A stretch of DNA of 64,000 nucleotides. Source: Lama glama. Lineage: Eukaryota. The notes below the pieces were generated by a model that saw only the letters and a list, made by a program, of their open reading frames with translations, was not told where the DNA came from and ran no database searches. Of the stretch, positions 25,382 through 38,645 are shown piece after piece. Where the stretch lies: contig CM052818.1 in the NCBI GenBank assembly GCA_028534125.1, positions 11,782,001 through 11,846,000 on the forward strand, in the 5' to 3' direction. Every line of letters starts with the position of its first letter. The stretch's first letter is position 1. The position numbers were made by a program, and so were the translations under genes.

Positions 25382-25800
25382 TATGGTGGACTGTTACACT
25401 GACAGTCCATAATCAATCACACCTCCCTGTATTCATGCCCTTGTATAGTTCCCTCACTGACCATGTGTTTAGCCATGTGATTGCTTTGACCACTAGGAAG
25501 TGCGATACAAGCAGAAGCTGGGGAAGCACTTGCACACACTGGGGCTTGTCTTTTTGGATGTTCCCTTTTGTAATCCAGTCTCTAGGCTTTAAAGAGTCTA
25601 GACTACCCTGCTGGAGAAAGAGGCCAAGTGGAGAAGAGCTGAGGCTACCAGCTGAATTCAGTCACATGAATGATCCAGCCAACACTACCTGGAGCAGAAT
25701 AACTTTCCAGCCAATTCATGGAATCATGACAATAAATCATTTTTGTTTCGAGTCACTAAGTTTTGGAGTGGCCAGTTATGCAGCAGTGGGTAACTGATAA
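25382..25800 (+). mobile_element. MLT1 (G/H-like) MaLR solo LTR
   Basis: tagccatgtgattgctttgacca..ataaatcatttttgtttcgagtcactaagttttggagtgg..ttatgcagcag..taactgata. Confidence 0.8.
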
Positions 25801-26015
25801 AGCAATCACCAACTTCAAGGACTAGAGACATGGTCAGGTTACTGCAGGAGACAAGAATTTATCAAAAGGTTGTGGGGATGGGGAGATGGAAACTGAAAAA
25901 CTTCCTAGTAGAGCTTCACAGAATTAGAAGTTCATTGGTCACCTCTGAGAACTCAGTTACACTCCAGTGATGTAATAGCCATTCTGGTGAGTGTCTTTTT
26001 GCTGTCAGTTTATAT

Positions 26016-26062
26016 ACACACACACACACACACACACGCGCACACACACACACACACACACA
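26016..26062. repeat. (CA)n microsatellite at the L1 tail
   Basis: Direct reading, with one cgcg interruption. Confidence 0.95.
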
Positions 26063-27137
26063 TATGTATTTTTATATATATAGTAAATATATGTATATTG
26101 CTTTTCATATCCTGTTCCACTATGGTTTATTACAGAATATTGAATATAGTTCTGTATGCTATACAGTAGGACCTTGTTGTTTATCTATTTTATATACAGT
26201 AGTTTGTATCTGCTAACCCCAGACTCCTAATTTATCCCTTCCCCAACCCCTTTCCCCTTTGGTAACCATAAGTTTGTTTTCTATGTCCATGAGTTTGTTT
26301 CTGTTTTGTCAATAAGTTCATTTGTATCATATTTTTAATTCTCCATATAAGTGATATCATATGGTATTTGTCTTTCTCTGACTTACTTCACTTACTATGA
26401 TAATCTCTAGGTCCAACTATATTGCTGTACATGGCATCATTTCATTCTTTTTTATGGCTCAGTAGTAGTCCATTATCTGTATATATCGCATCTTCTTTAT
26501 CCAGTCATGTCGATGGACATTTAGATTGCTTCCATGTCTTGGCTATTGTAAATAGTGTTGCAGTGAACATTGGGGTGCATGTATCTTTTCAAAATTGAGG
26601 TTTTTTTCTGGATATATGTCTAGGAGTGGGATCGCTGGATCATATGACAACTCTATTTTTAGTTTTTTAAGGACTCTTCATACTGGCTGCACCAGTTTAC
26701 ATTCCTACCAACAGTATAGGTGGGTTCCCTTTTCTCCACACCCTCGCCAGCTTTTATTATTTGTAGACTTTATGATGATGGCCATTCTGACTAGTGTGAG
26801 TTGATGCCTCATTGTAGTTTTGGTTGGCATTTCTCTAGTAATTAGTGATGTTGAGCATCTTTTCATGTGCCTATTGGCCATCTGAATGTATTTGGAAAGA
26901 TGCGTATCTAGGTCATTTTTTGATTGGGTTTTTTGGTTTTTGTTATTGAGTTGCATGAGCTGTTTATATATTTTAGAAATTAAGCTCTTCTCAGTCACAT
27001 CATTTGCAAATATTTTCTCCCTGTCCATAGGTTGTCTTTTTACTTTGCTTATGGTTTCCTTTGCTGTGCAAAAGCTTATAAGTTTGTTTAGGTCCCATTT
27101 GTTTATTTTTGCTTTTATTTCTATTACCTTGGGAGAT
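26063..27137 (-). mobile_element. 5'-truncated L1 (ORF2 C-terminus + 3'UTR)
   Basis: ORF 26705..27028 ([44 protein letters not shown]) is the L1 ORF2p C-terminal region, decayed by indels. Confidence 0.95.
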
Positions 27138-27164
27138 TGTTTTTGTCATCACTTTAGAATTAAG

Positions 27165-27290
27165 CATCTTTGAGGCTGTGATCAAGGAGGTCAAAAGACA
27201 CAGGCTCTGGCGTTGCTTTCCTGCTTTCAGATCCCAGCTCTGACCCCACGTGACAAAGCAGTGTGAATGGATGTGAGTTCTTTCCAATCC
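27165..27290 (+). mobile_element. MIR fragment
   Basis: ggtcaaaagacacaggctctgg..ttcagatcccagctctgacc. Confidence 0.65.
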
Positions 27291-27554
27291 TTGGGACTTC
27301 TAGAAATTAAGTATATTTTAAAATGTACATTTCCTCAGGAAATCGTTCAAATGGGACCAGAAATGAGCAGAAATCATGAGTAATGCTTGGAAATTTGGGG
27401 CTCAGATGCAAATCTAATACATATGTGGTTGTCTAGCTACCTATACATCAAGTTATCTCCCTGAATAAAATAGTCCTTGGTTGTGAATTAGGCACCAAAG
27501 GACCTGGTGCCCTGTGACCTTGACTTGGTTTTTTTTGTATTTGCTGCTGATATA

Positions 27555-27585
27555 AACACACACACACACACACACACGCGCGCGC
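27555..27585. repeat. (CA)n(CG)n alternating purine-pyrimidine tract
   Basis: acacacacacacacacacacacgcgcgcgc. Confidence 0.9.
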
Positions 27586-30482
27586 CAGTTATCCCGATTA
27601 TAAATAGGGTTGAGAATCGGCAAGAAAGAGTATGAATGTCTCAGATGGCAAAGGATGGAGTCTGCTAAACTTGAGATCTTGAGCAATGTTTTGTATTCAA
27701 AACTTGAATTCTCTCAGATCCCTAAATGTGCAAAAGTTTTATACAACTGTGAAATAACATACATTTACAAATTAATCAAATCTTTAAAGCCAGTAAGACC
27801 TAAATTAACCAGTTAACCTGAAGTGATAAAATTTTGCATAAACTAAGTTACCGCTAGCCTTATGAATATAGCACTGATGGTTACTGACATTCCTCTGCTA
27901 CCATGTCCAAGTGGTCAAGACATGAGCCCACCCCTTTTGGGATTCACAGTTCTGTGAAACTTGCCTTTGCACAGTTCTCCCTCCCCTCATTTGGCTATCA
28001 CTTGGGACGCATTAAGTTCTTACCTATTTTAGACTAAGATAAAGTTGGGCTGTTTAGACACAACTCTAGACACAAATACAGGCATTAAAATGATCGTGAG
28101 TATACTTGTTTTTAAGGTTTTATTGAATTAGAAATCCCACTTTGAGAAAGATTACTATCAGTTTAATAGCACTGGGGTGGCAGAAAGAACACCTGGGTTC
28201 ATGCCATGTATTTGACATTAACCACGATGTTTAACTAGGTGGGACTCTTAGATATTTCACTTTGGGAAGAGGAAAGATCTGAGAGTGACAAGAGGACTTC
28301 TGGGAGAAATCACAAAGTAACAGTTTTTCACGCTGGAGTCTCAGCACTGTGACAGAGACAGGTGGAACTTTTTGTGGCCAGGGGCTTTCCAGTGTCTCTC
28401 CTGCAATGTCTGACTTCTAATTCCACCTAGACTTAAGGCTCATCCACATCTCTTTGATTTAATTTTTCCCTCCCTTAATTTGAATTCTGTTAAACTATTT
28501 CTCCTAAACTTTAGGCATATGGTAGTAGTATTTTCATGGTTTTCTTAAATTATAGTGTCTGCTTCCAAAATCTATCCATTAGTGATGAACAAAACAACTC
28601 TTCTATTAGGGCTCCCAAATGTTCACTAGGTTTTCAGGAAATAAAATTTCTTTCAGTCCTGGGAAAAGTTTTGGCTTCAGATTATTTTTCAGATCTGAGG
28701 ACAATAAAAATTGGAAAACTCATGCATTCTGTAGTTTGGGGAATGAATATAAGGTTCTAATATATAGCAGAGTTAGGAAAAGATCAAATTCTCCTAGCAG
28801 TTTTGTTTTCCTTTGTTTTCTGGAAAACTCTTAACAACAGCTTCCATGGCAAACCCAAAGAGAAGAATTGCAGGGTCTTGACAGTGCTTCTCCCTGCACT
28901 TGGCGCAAGTAGTCAGGAAACAAATTTCCCACTTCTCACCAGGCACTTCTTGGAATGGGTGCAGGATCATCTACAGGCACAGCTGCTGCTGTACTTGAGG
29001 GGTCCCAGAACCCAGACACAGCTCTCTGAGCAGCCAAATGAGTATCTTCCCAAACTGCTACCACCTCATCCACTTTTTTTGTCAGCCTGAAATATTAAAA
29101 TTAGCCCAAAGTGTTTTTAAAATTTAATTACACCCTTTGGAATCTGTGCTTTTGGAAAACTGTTATTTTTCCATTAAATAAACCAATATCTGGAATACAT
29201 ACCTAAGTACATATTTATTTAAAATATGCTTGGAAAACGCACTTACTATAACTTTCAGCTTGGTAGGAAAATTAGAGAAATCCACAGTTCACACTTTCAT
29301 TTTTTAAGATTTTCAGAAAATACCTAGCAAGCTGTTGTCTGTTCAGTGATGCATACACTTGAATGTGAAGCAAATCTTATTACTTGTCTTAGTAGCAACC
29401 CTATGGGGGTGGGGAGAGATGAAAATGATTGTCACTTTTATATTCTTATGCTATCCACTCTTTAAAGGTGGGTGTATAAATGCTCTCTATCCAGAAGTAA
29501 TAAATACTATCTTTAAGAGATGATGATTATAATAATAATGCTCCCTTGCCAAAAAAAGTAACAAAGGTATTTTAAATTGTATTTTTATCATGATAGGGAG
29601 ATTTCAAATAATTTAGCTAATTTTAACTAATAACTGCTGAGAATTAACATTATTTAATGAAATCAGGACTGGAATAGAACATAAATTCAAGAACTAAGCA
29701 CTAGGGAAGATGTAGAACAGATAAGACTTAGAGATTTGTAATTCTCAAGGATTGAAAAGGGAGAACCCAAAGGAAATTAAGAAATTGGCTTTCTCAAATA
29801 AGGAGATTAGATTTTCTTATTTCTTAAAATTACCCTGCAAACCATATATTTTATGACATATGTATGGTCTTATAATCTTCCAAAATATAGAATGTAAGTT
29901 ATATGCATTTTCTGTATCAAGATATTATTTTATTTCTAGTTTCTGTTTCTTTTCCTGACCATCAAAGTAGATGGTTACTTTATCTTGTTTTCATAGATTA
30001 TTTAAAAATATAAAATACATTTTAAATGTTTATCTATTGTAAGTGCTATATCAACTTTTTTACTTTAATAAAGGCACTTAGCATTGTGGTTGCACTTGAG
30101 AAATATATAAGCACAATAAAACTTCACTTAAAATGCTCTAGCATTTCTTCAATAAACAGTGTGAAGTCAAATTCCTATGTAATTTAACAGTTGCTAGTAG
30201 CAGCACTCTGTGATACTAGTTGAAAATAGCTACTCTGAAACATGAAGCACAACGCAGAGAAATTATTCTATAGGTTTGCTCATTTCCCAGGGTTCTGTCC
30301 AGATTGAACCAACTGGTGCAGAAGCATGAACTTGAAAAAGCAGTATGAACAAGCTCAGGTGTTGAGCTATTTTAGCTGTTTCTCTCTCCCTCTCCTTCTG
30401 TTCTTCCCCTCAGGTCACTTGAAAACACAAATAGAAGTGACTAGCATTTTAAAATGCCAAATAAAATGGAAAATTATATAAA

Positions 30483-30790
30483 ACAGTAGTCTCCAAAGTA
30501 GAGTGCAAGAAAAAATTATTGGAACTAGTACCTATAGGCACTTATTATTTTGTTATTACTTTGTATAATTTTCATCTAAAAATAAAAATGAATTCTGCTC
30601 CACTTTTAACAAATAGGTGGACACCAGTGCTCTCAATGATCTCTGTGGCCAGTGACCACCTGTCATGTGTGGAGTGCATGTGAATCCAGATGAGAAAAAT
30701 GTGTACACTGACAGGCATCGTTTCAGTACACACTGCAGCTGTTATGCCTACCAAATACTCTGGATTCAGCCCTATTCTTTCCTTGATTTG
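30483..30790 (+). mobile_element. hAT-Charlie 5' fragment
   Basis: Starts cagtagtctccaaagtagagtgcaag, a Charlie-type terminus. No clear right end. Confidence 0.5.
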
Positions 30791-31710
30791 GAGTAGGAGA
30801 AGATGAGAATACAAAGGGCTGAGCCATATGCAGGAGGGGCCGCAGGTCACTTGTAGGTACCAACCATCCAAAGGAAGGATTTCTGGACCACTGAAGGTTT
30901 TCCATTCTGGGAACAGTGTTGAAAGGATGGGAAGCTGGACCTTTGGGACCATTTTGATCTTTGCATTTTTGTTCATGTACCATTGGAATAGATATCCTTC
31001 CCTTCTTTCCCTTCCTTCCCCCTATCTCCCTCCCTCCCTCCCTCCTTTCTTTCTTCCACCTTTTTCCTTTTTTTTTTTTTGGCCAATGTTGAGTATTTAA
31101 TTTATTTAAACTATGTCTGGGGTAAAATGAAACCTGCCCACATAAGTCACATGAGTCATTGTCTCACACTGTTTTAACATGTTTCTGTCATGAGTTGTCA
31201 CACAACAGTGTCTATAAGAAAAGATGCTAATGGGTTATGAGTTTTGTTGGTATTACAATGACATTAACTAAATACATTTTTATATAGAAACTCCAGAATT
31301 TCTAGTGAATTCTCCATCAGTGGAAATGGCCTTTGAGAATGAATACCTCAAAATACATATTTAAATACATTTAAAGCTATGAGTATAATACATATTTTAT
31401 ATAATTTATACATATCTTTATATATGATACATATAAATGTATATTTATATAGTACATAAATATTTCTTAAATAATTTATAAGTATAAATACATTAAATAG
31501 GTTTAAATTATACATTATATTTAATACACTGTATATTTTTACTTATATGCCACAATACTAATAAATTATGCATTTGGTAAAACAGTAAATTTTTTAAAGA
31601 TACAGTAAATAAACAATATTATTGAAAGTTTTTATCTTTATTCATCAATGGTAAATTCAACCTTATTTCCTCTCATATAATGAATACACTCTACCCCTAA
31701 TATTCAGAAT

Positions 31711-32143
31711 ATATCAGTCAGGATCTAAGCATGAAAACAGAAGCCTACCTAAGAATTTGGTTTTGGAACAGAAATTTAGTACTAGGAATTGGTTACATGA
31801 AATAGAAGAGCTGAGAAACTGAGCAAGGGATGGAGGAGCAGCTCAGAGTTGAGCAAGTGCAGGACACCTGGAGAAAAGGGGGACCAGGAGTCAGACCTGC
31901 CCTGGCAGAAGCTGACCAGGAGACATAACCCCTGCCGGGGTGTTGCATAGACTGGAGAGGTAGGAAGAAATGTTCTGGCCTCTGCCTGCCCTCTGGTCTG
32001 CAGCCTGTGGCCAGAGCCTCCCACTGCCAAATCTAGCCTCGGCAGATGCCTGGACAGCACATCCCACAGGGGTTGCTCCAGCTGTGATACAGAGTAGAGC
32101 AGGGCAAAGTGCGAGAATGGAAATGAGGCAAACCACCCAGTAC
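31711..32143 (-). mobile_element. Old MaLR (MLT1K/L/N-like) LTR
   Basis: tatatcagtcaggatcta..ggaattggttaca..gaagagctgag..cagagtagagcagggc. Confidence 0.6.
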
Positions 32144-32424
32144 CTGTGCTCGGAACTTCTCACAGTCCTCTAAACAGTCCTTGTTTTTATTTCTCTACAT
32201 ATCACCACATTTCCTCCATCCATCTACCAAGAATGCCTTTCCTTCTTTCTTTCCTTTGTCTATCAAACTCCTATACGTCCTTAAAGAACCAAATCATTTA
32301 TTTCACAGACATTCATGGAGGGACTATTACATGCAGTGTATTGAGTGCCAGGGTTATCAGAGCTATCAGTTTCGTTTGGAAATAAGTCTATTTCCAAAAC
32401 CTTTCTGAAAATTAAATATAGAGT

Positions 32425-33190
32425 CAGCACAGTCTAGTAGTTCTGAGTAAGGATTCAGAACCCAGACTACCTGGGTTAGATCCTGGCTGAACCACCTACC
32501 AGCAGGATAAACATGTCTCAGTTTCTGGGGAGGGTGGTAACATGTACCTTGTAGGACTATTAGCTGGATGGAATGAGTTAACATTTCATAGCACTTAGAA
32601 CGGTTTCTGGCAGTAGTAGTTTCTTCATCTGTGTTTGTTAAACTAAATATATGAATACTGAGTCACTCCTTTTGCTGTGCTTCCGCAGCCTTCCATCCAC
32701 GTTAACATCGTAGAATTCGTTACGCTGAGTTGTAATCTGCACATCTGTCACTTCTGGTAGAATATGTGCTCTTGCTAGGGAGCCTGTGATTAATCATCTT
32801 TGTATTCCCAATGCAAAGAACATAATAGATGCTCAATAAGTGTGTGTTTAATTAATTAATCACTTTATCTAAACCTCCCCTGTGTCACAAATCATGAAAT
32901 GCAATGATGAGCGCCAAAGAAAAGATATTTTTAAGAGTTCAGAGAAAAGAAGGATTTGGACTTGACATTCACGGAGGAGGTGGCATCTAAGCTTTTTAAA
33001 ATTGGCAAAGATCAGGCACATACAGCTAATCAGAAGAACTGAGGGGAAACGTGAGCAAAGGCCTGGAGGTGGGAAGGCACAGAGGCATGTGCAGAAGCAG
33101 TGAGGGAAAGGAGCTCAGGTAGACAGGATACAAAAACGTACATGGGAGCAAAATTGGGGAAGGCATGTGGGAAGATCCACTTTACCCGGA
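32425..33190. mobile_element. MIR (+, ~32425-32640), L2 3' end (+, ~32650-32860) and L2 (-, ~32930-33190)
   Basis: cccagactacctgggttagatcctggct..agcacttagaacggtttctggca; ctttgtattcccaatg..tagatgctcaataag. Confidence 0.7.
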
Positions 33191-33231
33191 GGCCAAAGGC
33201 TCTCCATCTCTTTCACTGTGGCACCCCGTAG

Positions 33232-33772
33232 TGTAAACCCTGACAGTTAATTGATTTTGTTTTTGTTTCTTTTCTTGTAATGAAAGTGCCTGACTTAAGC
33301 TCTGATTACCAGGGCATCCACTTCAAGAGGGCTGTCTTGAATAAACACATTGCCAGCCACACAACTGGATAGAGCCAGGCTGCCTCCCTCAACTTTGTTT
33401 TAGAAATCTTGGTTGATTTTGGTGATTGACCATCTGGGCCCTTTGTTTTTTCCTTTCCATGCTTTAAACTTCTGCTCTTAGTTTTAAATTCACCAATAAA
33501 GAGTGGGCCCCCCAAAAAACCCTAGGCTCCCACCGTCCACCCCAATAAAAGGAGCCCCCCAGGCTCATATGTACTCTCTCCCTCTACCCACGACCTACTG
33601 CATGGCCCCACGTGTGCTGTGTAATTTCCAGGTCCTGTAAGTAATAAACTTTTATTTTTTCAAAGTTTCCTGATGGTTATTGCTGAAGGGCATCTTACAG
33701 TCATAAAAAGAACCACAAGAGCTGGTCCAGCCACAACAATGGTTATTGATATGCTGAGATGAACACAAAACA
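33232..33772 (+). mobile_element. Solo ERV-type LTR (~540 bp), family not recognised
   Basis: tgtaaacc start and ..aaaaca end. CCAAT/AATAAA-like elements at 33493 and 33542, and gtaataaactt poly(A) signal at ~33643. TSD not clear. Confidence 0.6.
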
Positions 33773-35172
33773 TACCCTTAATAGGTAAAAATTACACCTT
33801 TATCACTCACCTAGGCTCACTTAAGATTAATAATGGTCCCTTTCTTGCCATTCAAGAAGGCACATCTGTCTCTCTACCCATCTGTCCATCTCTCTCTGTC
33901 TCTCTGTCATGTATAACGCAAACTGGTTTTCGTATCAAATGTACAGATGTCCCAAATTATGCTACACTTAAAATTGTTACTTCAGGCAATGGGGAACAAT
34001 AGGAAAAATGAGTTGAGTATCTTCAGATTAATCTTCAGGGAGATTATTGTGACAAAAACCTATAAAAATACTTGTTAATAACCATGTCTGGGGTAGTATC
34101 ATGCAGGCAAGTTCTCGAAAATGATGGATGGAGAAAGAAAATCAAGCTAAAGGATAAAATGCATGGCCAAAATTTTTAATTCAATAATAAGTGCAAAAGG
34201 ATTATTCCATACTTCATTCCAGCTAGAGAACTCATTGTAAAATCTGAGAATTGAGACTCTTCTGTAAGCAGCTTTGTTTTTCATTTTTTACACGGTGGTA
34301 CATGGTGCACGGAAAAGCTCCTGAGAGCTGTCATTCGGCTCTGACCTACTTTGAGGCACGTTTCATTTTTGGCTGGGAGCTGTGAGAATGTACACTTCCT
34401 CAGGACAGTAAGAAATGCCCATCTTTCCGATTAAATCTAGTTTCCCACAGAGGCCCTCAGTGGTGGATTGGTCTCAGACAGTCTAAATCCCTTGTCTTGT
34501 GTGATGAGGTTGTTCTTATTGTTTGGTTTGGTGGCGGGTAGCTTCAGGGATCACTAAGTGAGGTACAATCCACCTTTTGGTCCAAATTACCTTTCTGTCC
34601 TTTTACAAAATTCGTACATGTCTCTGAACCTCTGCCTCCTTCATAGAAGTTCTTTTCTCGGTGTAGCAAGTTAAACTTTGTGACCTCCTCTGGCTGTGTT
34701 ATCAGCATATCTCTGTGAATTGGTCAGCAGGATGGAGATATTTTCTGAACAATTCGGCCAGCATATGTAGTCTGTTCCTCAAACCTCGCACATAATGTAA
34801 GTCCCCTGATACTAGGAGAGAATGTTTTTCTGCATTTTTTGCTTCCTTATTATGTCTGAGGTTTGCTTGTCTATTTTTTGAACTTAAGTTGAGAAATTTT
34901 ACTAGCTTCTTTGCTTTCCAAAAGCATTTTATCCATACAGAAGGGTTTTATTCATACAAAGAGCTAAGCAGAATGCCATTATGTTGTAGTTCATCATTTA
35001 GTGTAGGCACTTTCCTTAAACTCTGATCTCAATGTCCACTTGCCTTCCAGGAAGGGCATGTGATCCAGGATGATCTGATGGCCAGGCTCCTATGTGGCTC
35101 CCAATAAGTCTTTACTGAAACTTCTGAATTCTGGTTTTTGAAGTGAAAAAAAAAAAAAGTGAATGAAGGGCT

Positions 35173-35350
35173 GCAAATGGCAAATTATCTTTCTTATGGG
35201 TGAGTTGTATTCCATTGCATACATATATGCTGCATCTTTATTATCTATTCGACTATTGATGTGTACTTAGGATGCTTCCATATCTTGGCAATTGTTTATA
35301 AATAATGTTTCTGTTAATAGCAGTGTGTACGTATCTTTTTGAATTAAATT
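35173..35350 (-). mobile_element. L1 (MA/MB-type) fragment
   Basis: ttgtattccattg..cttaggatgcttccatatcttggcaattgt..gtatctttttgaatt. Confidence 0.8.
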
Positions 35351-35474
35351 CTTGTTTTCTGGTTGACTTTATTTCTTTGCTAACTATATAAGTTTAAAAA
35401 GCTAAATCTCTAAACATTCTTAGAACAAATGAACGATACATATATGTAAATTTTAAAAATATATGTGCAGTTAA

Positions 35475-36005
35475 AAAAAAAAAAGAAATGGGCTATCAAG
35501 CCATGAAAGACATGGAAGAAATTTAAAAGACATATTACTAAATGAAAGAAGCCAGTCTGAAAAGGCTACAAACTGTACAATTCCAACCAAATGACATTCT
35601 GGAAAAGGCACAGCTACAGAAACAATAAAAAGATCATGGCTTCCAGGAGTTTGGGGAGAGGGAGGGAGGGAGGGATGAATAGATGGAGCACAAGGGATTT
35701 TTAGGCAATGAAATTATTCTGTATGGTACTATAGTGGTGGCTACATGTCATTATGCATTTGTCAAAACCCATAGAACGTACAATATCAAGAGTGAACCCT
35801 AATGTAAACTGTGGACTTTGGTTGATAATAATGTGCCCATATTGGTCCATCGATTATACCAAATATGCCGCACGGATGAGGGATGTTGAGGGTAGGGGAG
35901 TATATGTGTGGGTGGGGAGGGCTATGTGCAAACTCTCTGTATTTCTGCTCAATTCTGCTGTGAACCTGAAACTACTCTAAAAAAATAAAGCCTATTAATA
36001 AAAAA
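35475..36005 (+). mobile_element. L1MC1-like 3' end
   Basis: aaatgggctatcaagccatgaaagacatgg..aaaacccatagaac..gtgaaccctaatgtaaactgtggactttg..gtgaacctgaaactactctaaaaaaataaag. Confidence 0.9.
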
Positions 36006-36074
36006 TTTTAAAAAAGTTTAAAGTCATGATTGGGAAAAATAAAATAAAAACCATTGTAGGCGGGAAAAAAGAAA

Positions 36075-36430
36075 AGGATATGCCTATTCTCCACGTTGAT
36101 ATCTACTGTCCAATTATCCCCCAAAGTGACCTCTAAATTAACAGTATATCAGCAATGGAGGAATGCCTGCTTTCCAACATCCTCTTTGACAAAGTCTGCT
36201 TTTAAACACTCTGGTCTTTGCAAATCGAAGTGGAAATGCTATCTCATTTTCATTTTAACTTGCATATTTTGTTGTGAGTGAGGCTGAATATCAGTTTATA
36301 TTTAAAGTCTACCTGTATTTCATTTTCTGGAGCTGTTTGTCATGTTCTTTTGCCATTTTTCTATTAGGTTGTTGACCTATTGGTTGGTATAAATTCTTTG
36401 TATTTTTTGGAAAGTAAACTCTCTTCTGCC
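36075..36430 (-). mobile_element. Old L1 (L1ME-like) fragment
   Basis: cagcaatggaggaatgcctgctttccaacatcct..tatctcattttcattttaacttgcat..gtgaggctgaata. Confidence 0.7.
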
Positions 36431-36540
36431 AAAAAAAAAAGAGAGAGAGAAACGATCAAAATTTAATAAAAAACTTAAGAGTTTGAATCCACAATAAATT
36501 AATAAAGATTACCAAAATTTTTTTTAATTAACAAAAAGAA

Positions 36541-37033
36541 ACTTCTGGTATTTATGCCTTTGTGTGGTCCCCTTCCACACTGAATAACATCAGATATCAT
36601 GGAAATGATGGAGTGTGGCTTCTGGGGTTATGTCACAAAGGACAGTGTGTCTTAAACTTGCTGTCTTGGAAATCATTCACTTTGGCGAATGCCAGTCATG
36701 CCCTAAAGACACTTAATCAGCCCTATTGAGAGGTCCACGCGATGAGGGAGTAAGGCCTCCTACCAGTAGCTGGCTCCAGGCACGCGTGTCAGTCATCTGG
36801 GAAGTGGCTTCTCCAGCTCTAGTCAACCTTCCAATGACTGCAATCCCATTTGACACCTTGACTACAAACCCATGAGAGCCAGAGCCACTTCTGACCTCCT
36901 GATCCTTCACAATAGCTGTGTGAGACAGTAAGTGTACCCAGCCCACAGAAGCTCTGCTAGGTAATTTTGTTGTTGTTGTTGCTTCAAGCCTCTAAGCTTC
37001 AGGGTAATTTGCTATGCAACAATAGGTACTAAT
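36541..37033 (+). mobile_element. MLT1F-like MaLR LTR
   Basis: ggtatttatgcctttgtgtggtccccttccacactgaata..gagaggtccacg..ctagtcaaccttccaatgactgca..gtaatttgctatgcaacaatagg. Confidence 0.85.
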
Positions 37034-38436
37034 GGTTGGGGTGAGGGGGACACTTCTGTTCTTAGCTTCAGCTGTTTTACCCCTCAAGGATCTAAATTTT
37101 AAAAAAAAATCTCCAGTGTGAGAACAAATTTTCTCCCCTAAACCTTTCTGCTTTCTGTGTGAAAATGATATCCCTCCTATTACCGTGCTTTTGACCATTA
37201 CAAAGCATGTAGTGTTAACTGGCAATAGTTGGTACCCATGCCCCACACTTTTCTTAGTTACTAAATTCTACTCTAACCTCTGAGGGGTGAGGAAATAATC
37301 AATATGGAAGAAATTTAATCTCAGCCTGCTGCAAAGGAAAAGCAATACATAAAATACACTTGCTATAAAGTTGATTTTTTTTTCCCCTGAGAAGGAAAAA
37401 TTGCCTCTGGAGACCATTTTTGGTCTTATCTGCTATGTCGTCAACCCATGGCCATCACATATTTTACATTATCTTCAAAGTTCACTGTAATTAATGGATT
37501 AGGAGCTAAGCATCCTGGGTTCAAGTTTTAATTATGCTACTTTGTAGCCTGTGATTGAATGAGATAATTTTTATAGTTCTTAGTTTTCTTGTCTGTGAAA
37601 TGAAACCAGTCAAGTCCATTTGTTCATTCAGCCCATATCTACATGTTTATTTAGTATCTTTTATATGCCAGGCTTGCACCAAAGATGAACAAGACAGGCG
37701 TGACTCCTGCCTTCTGGGGCTTTAGAGCTTAGGTCTAACATCACATGAATTCATTTTTGGAATAAGTTCAGGCGGGGAAAGGGTCTACAAAAGGAATCAA
37801 TTCAATACATTGTTTAGCATCTACCATATTAGTTATGAGGGAGGTGTTGATACTCTAGAGCCATAAGCAAATGCCCCCAGATTAATAATGCTAGATCATA
37901 TGTAGCTCTTTATACTTTGCAGGGCACTTTCAAATTATCATATGTGAGGCTCTCAAAAATGTTTGTGCTTGCTAGGTTTTATTACTGGACTATCCACCCA
38001 CCTTCCTCTAACTCTGCCTTTTATTATATTAGATATCCCTGCTGGGATAGTCTTAAATGCATTTCTCCAGAGCATTTATCCCACCTGTAATTAAATAGTG
38101 AACTAGGGAATTTATCAAAATGTGCTTTCCATTCTGTACTGAACCATAAACTAGCTCATTGTTCTATCCTAGTATTTAGAACAGAGAAGGTATTCAAGTT
38201 ATATTTATTATGAATAAATTTAATTTCCATTTTTTACGCTTATAGTTGAAGAACCTGAGTCAGAGATGTTAAATGACTTGAACTGATGACTAAACTAATG
38301 ACTAAAGTCACACACTGGATTGCAGAAGCCCCACATTTAGGCCTACATCTATTCAGAAGATTTCAGTGCTACTTGGGTTAGATAGGATGTTTACACTATT
38401 GGTCCTATTCCTCCTACCTTGATTCTTTTTTGTTGT

Positions 38437-38645
38437 TTTAAGACTTCATTTTTTTTAGGGCAGTTTCAGGTTCACAGCAAAATTGAGAGGAAGGTCCAGA
38501 GATTTCCCATATACCCTCTACTAGGCATGCACAGTCTCCTCCATTATCAATATCCCCCACCAAAGTGGTGAATTTGTAACAGTGGATGAACCTCCCTCAA
38601 TACAGCATAATCACCCAGTGTTCATAGTTTACACTGTGGTTCACA
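38437..38645 (-). mobile_element. L1MC1-like extreme 3' end
   Basis: gcagtttcaggttcacagcaaaattgagaggaagg..agatttcccatatacc..tcatagtttacact. Confidence 0.85.

Noticed and set aside
26595..27287. ORFs with clear protein similarity (also 44322-44528 and 48612-48941)
   Set aside because: Frameshifted L1 ORF2 remnants or their antisense frames, not host genes or active elements.
31340..31600. Extremely AT-rich TA-like stretch
   Set aside because: Ordinary low-complexity sequence with no periodic unit.
35173..36005. Minus L1 piece next to a plus L1 3' end, resembling a twin-priming 5' inversion
   Set aside because: The pieces look like different subfamilies (MA/MB-type versus MC1-type), are separated by ~125 bp of unrelated sequence, and show no TSD.
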